A DNA stretch of 64,000 nucleotides, taken from contig BPGW01000002.1 of assembly GCA_026003235.1 (NCBI GenBank), positions 269,345-333,344 on the forward strand, written 5' to 3'. Below are positions 62,171 to 64,000 of this stretch, in pieces. The translations under genes were made by a program, and so were the position numbers. Under the pieces are notes generated by a model. That model was not told the DNA's origin. It was given only the letters and a program-made list of their open reading frames with translations, and searched no databases. The DNA comes from Bacteroidia bacterium. Its GTDB lineage: Bacteria > Bacteroidota > Bacteroidia > SpSt-205. Position 1 is the first letter of the stretch. The number at the start of each line of letters is the position of its first letter.

Positions 62171-64000
62171 ATGAAGCGGTCGCTTGTTTGGGTAGGGCTT
62201 GTAGGCGGCCTGTGGGCTCAAGCGTACGAGTACGCCAACGGTTGGATACAGGCAGGGGCACCGTACCTCAAACTCCGGGTGGCGCGAGAGGGGGTGTATC
62301 GGGTTTATGCTTCGCAAGTGGGGCTGAGCGGGGTTCCTTCCTCCAGCTTGCGGCTCTTCTGGCGGGGGCAAGAGGTGCCGTTGTATGTGCAAGATGGGGG
62401 GGATGGATCGTTTGAGGGGAGCGACTGGTTTGAGTTTTGGGGGCAGCGCAACGATGGCGAGCCCGACTCGGTGGTGTATCGCCATCCTCATCAGCTGCGG
62501 CGTTTTGCAGGCCTGCACGGCAACCCTAAAATGCCCCTCAACCAGAATGACACCTCTGCCTACTTTCTAACTTGGGGTGGAGCTGCAGGATTGCGGTATT
62601 TGGATTTTTCGGATCCGAATGTTCTGACTCATCCGACGCAAGACTGGTTTTGGTGGCGGTATGAGGAGAGCTTTCACATGGGAGGCTACTGGGCCGGGCC
62701 GGGGGGGCTTTTTGTGGGAGGCTACGAGATGCACAACAACCCCATGTACATCGCTGGGGAAGGGCGTGGAGCGGGCGTCAATCCCCTAAGCCGGACCTAT
62801 ACGCTTCCTTCGCCCAAGGGTGGCGTCAGCCCAGGGTTTTTTGTGGAGCTTTCGCATGCAGGACTCTCCATAAGTGGCTCTTTCACCCTGGAGTGGAAAG
62901 TCAACGGTTTTAGCGCTTCTGTCGCCACGATAACGGCGCCTTACTACTTTCGGCCGCGCTTCTCGGTGCCTGCCAGCTACCTGACTAATCCCCTAACGGT
63001 CCAGGTCACCGCTTCGGGGTCAGGCTATGGAGGCGAGTTTTTGCATTATGTAGCCATCACCTACCCTCGCGAAGGGGTTTTGGGCGCAGGGGATACGGTG
63101 CTACAGGCCGGCGTGGTCAACCCTACGGGCGGGCCGTGGGCTTTGGTGCTGGCGGGCGTCCCCATAGATGCAGGGGATTCCCTGCTGGTGTATGACCCTC
63201 GGCATCGCCTGCGGTGGAAAGCCGTCGCTAATGGAGGGCTTTGGTATGTACCCATTCCGGCTATACAGGATTCGTTTCCTCTCTACGTGGTGCGGGGGGC
63301 TTCGGTGAGGGGGCCGCTTGTGGAGCCAGCCGTGATAGAGAATTACAGCGGAGCTGCCGGAGCCGAGATTCTCCTTGTGACGCACCGGAGCTTGACCGCC
63401 TCTGCCCAGGCCTACAAGCAGTACCGCGAAACGCACCCTACCCAATCCCCATTCGGTGTTCATCGCTTACACCGATGCGATTTACGACGAGTTTGGTTGG
63501 GGACGGGTGAATCATCCCCTGGCCATTCGGAATCTGGTTCGGTGGGCTTTGGTATCGTTTTGGGCTGTCAAGCCTAAATACGTGCTTATTTGGGGGGATG
63601 GCGTGGGGCTGTTTCGCGTGGCTTACAATGGCGCTTTGCCTGCGCATCATAAGGTGCCTGTGTTTTGGGGTGCCCGCTTCAGATTGGGGGTATGTGTCGG
63701 ACTTTTACCGGGGATGGACGAATCATTCCGGAGATACCGGTAGGTCGGGTCTCGGTTCAGACAGACGACCAAGGCTTAGCTTACATTGATAAGCTGCGCA
63801 CGTATGAGGCCTTGCAGAATCCCCCTTGGCTGAAGTGGGGCGTTGCATCTGGGCGGGGGCTCAGACGCCATAGAACAGGCCTTGATTGGAGCTCAGCTGG
63901 CGGCTTGCCAACAGGTCTTTGAGGGCTCCCCCTATCAAGGGCAGGTGCTTTATTATCAGAAACGCAGTGGAGGCATGCAGGCCCCACCCGGTAGCCCGGT
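62171..64000 (+). pseudogene. Peptidase C25 (gingipain/PorU-like) family protein, 3' end beyond the window, with four +1 frameshifts in its last 600 bp
   Basis: Signal peptide MKRSLVWVGLVGGLWAQ. Single frame to about 63440 (..AEILLVTHRSLTASAQAYKQYRETHPT). Sense then continues through shifted frames: NPHSVFIAYTDAIYDEFGWGRVNHPLAIRNLV..KYVLIWGDG..HHKVPVF / GVPASDWGYVSDF / TGDGRIIPEIPVGRVSVQT..PPWLKW / ALHLGGGSDAIEQ... These are C25 hallmark blocks. Confidence 0.65.

Overview
The window is a high-GC stretch of chromosome, about 60-65% GC by hand counts of sample lines. It looks like Bacteroidota. Evidence: several secreted proteins end in T9SS-type C-terminal sorting domains; the Bacteroidetes -7 promoter element TAnnTTTG recurs in front of genes and tRNAs; a DUF3822-like gene sits directly upstream of rsmD; Rho carries a long N-terminal insertion.

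Most of the window is tightly packed housekeeping: nadB, aspartate kinase, gpsA, murQ, acpH, upp, rho, rlmN, rsmD, fumC, cca, purK, rfbB, nuoC, mlaEF, an RND pump, a TolC/HlyD pair, an M16 peptidase and four tRNAs. No CRISPR array, transposase, integrase or recognisable defence system was seen.

Signals worth a second look:
1. A 1673-bp unit at about 54.08-55.9 kb is bracketed by perfect 146-bp direct repeats of the purK 5' end. It carries a low-GC, diverged paralogue of the neighbouring polytopic membrane-protein gene. The resident copy has an in-frame TGA and abuts a tRNA Ser-Pro-Arg cluster.
2. A lower-GC island at about 35.8-42.5 kb encodes T9SS cargo: two SBBP beta-propeller proteins and a CxxCH protein. 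It also holds an unknown 553-aa ORF with a roughly 710-bp, roughly 25% GC core that stays in frame.
3. An in-frame 33-bp x 6.7 tandem repeat lies at the 5' end of a TonB-dependent receptor gene.
4. Two paralogous secreted CxxCH proteins carry T9SS C-terminal domains.
5. Eight frameshifts and one nonsense codon fall only in envelope, secretion or accessory genes (TamB-like, C25/PorU-like peptidase, a T9SS cargo, a GNAT-like gene, the membrane protein). This could be assembly error or real decay.
6. A TAnnTT(T/C)G element sits 3-5 nt before the start codon of at least 11 genes, implying leaderless transcripts.

All calls rest on reading the sequence and ORF translations by eye. No database search was run.
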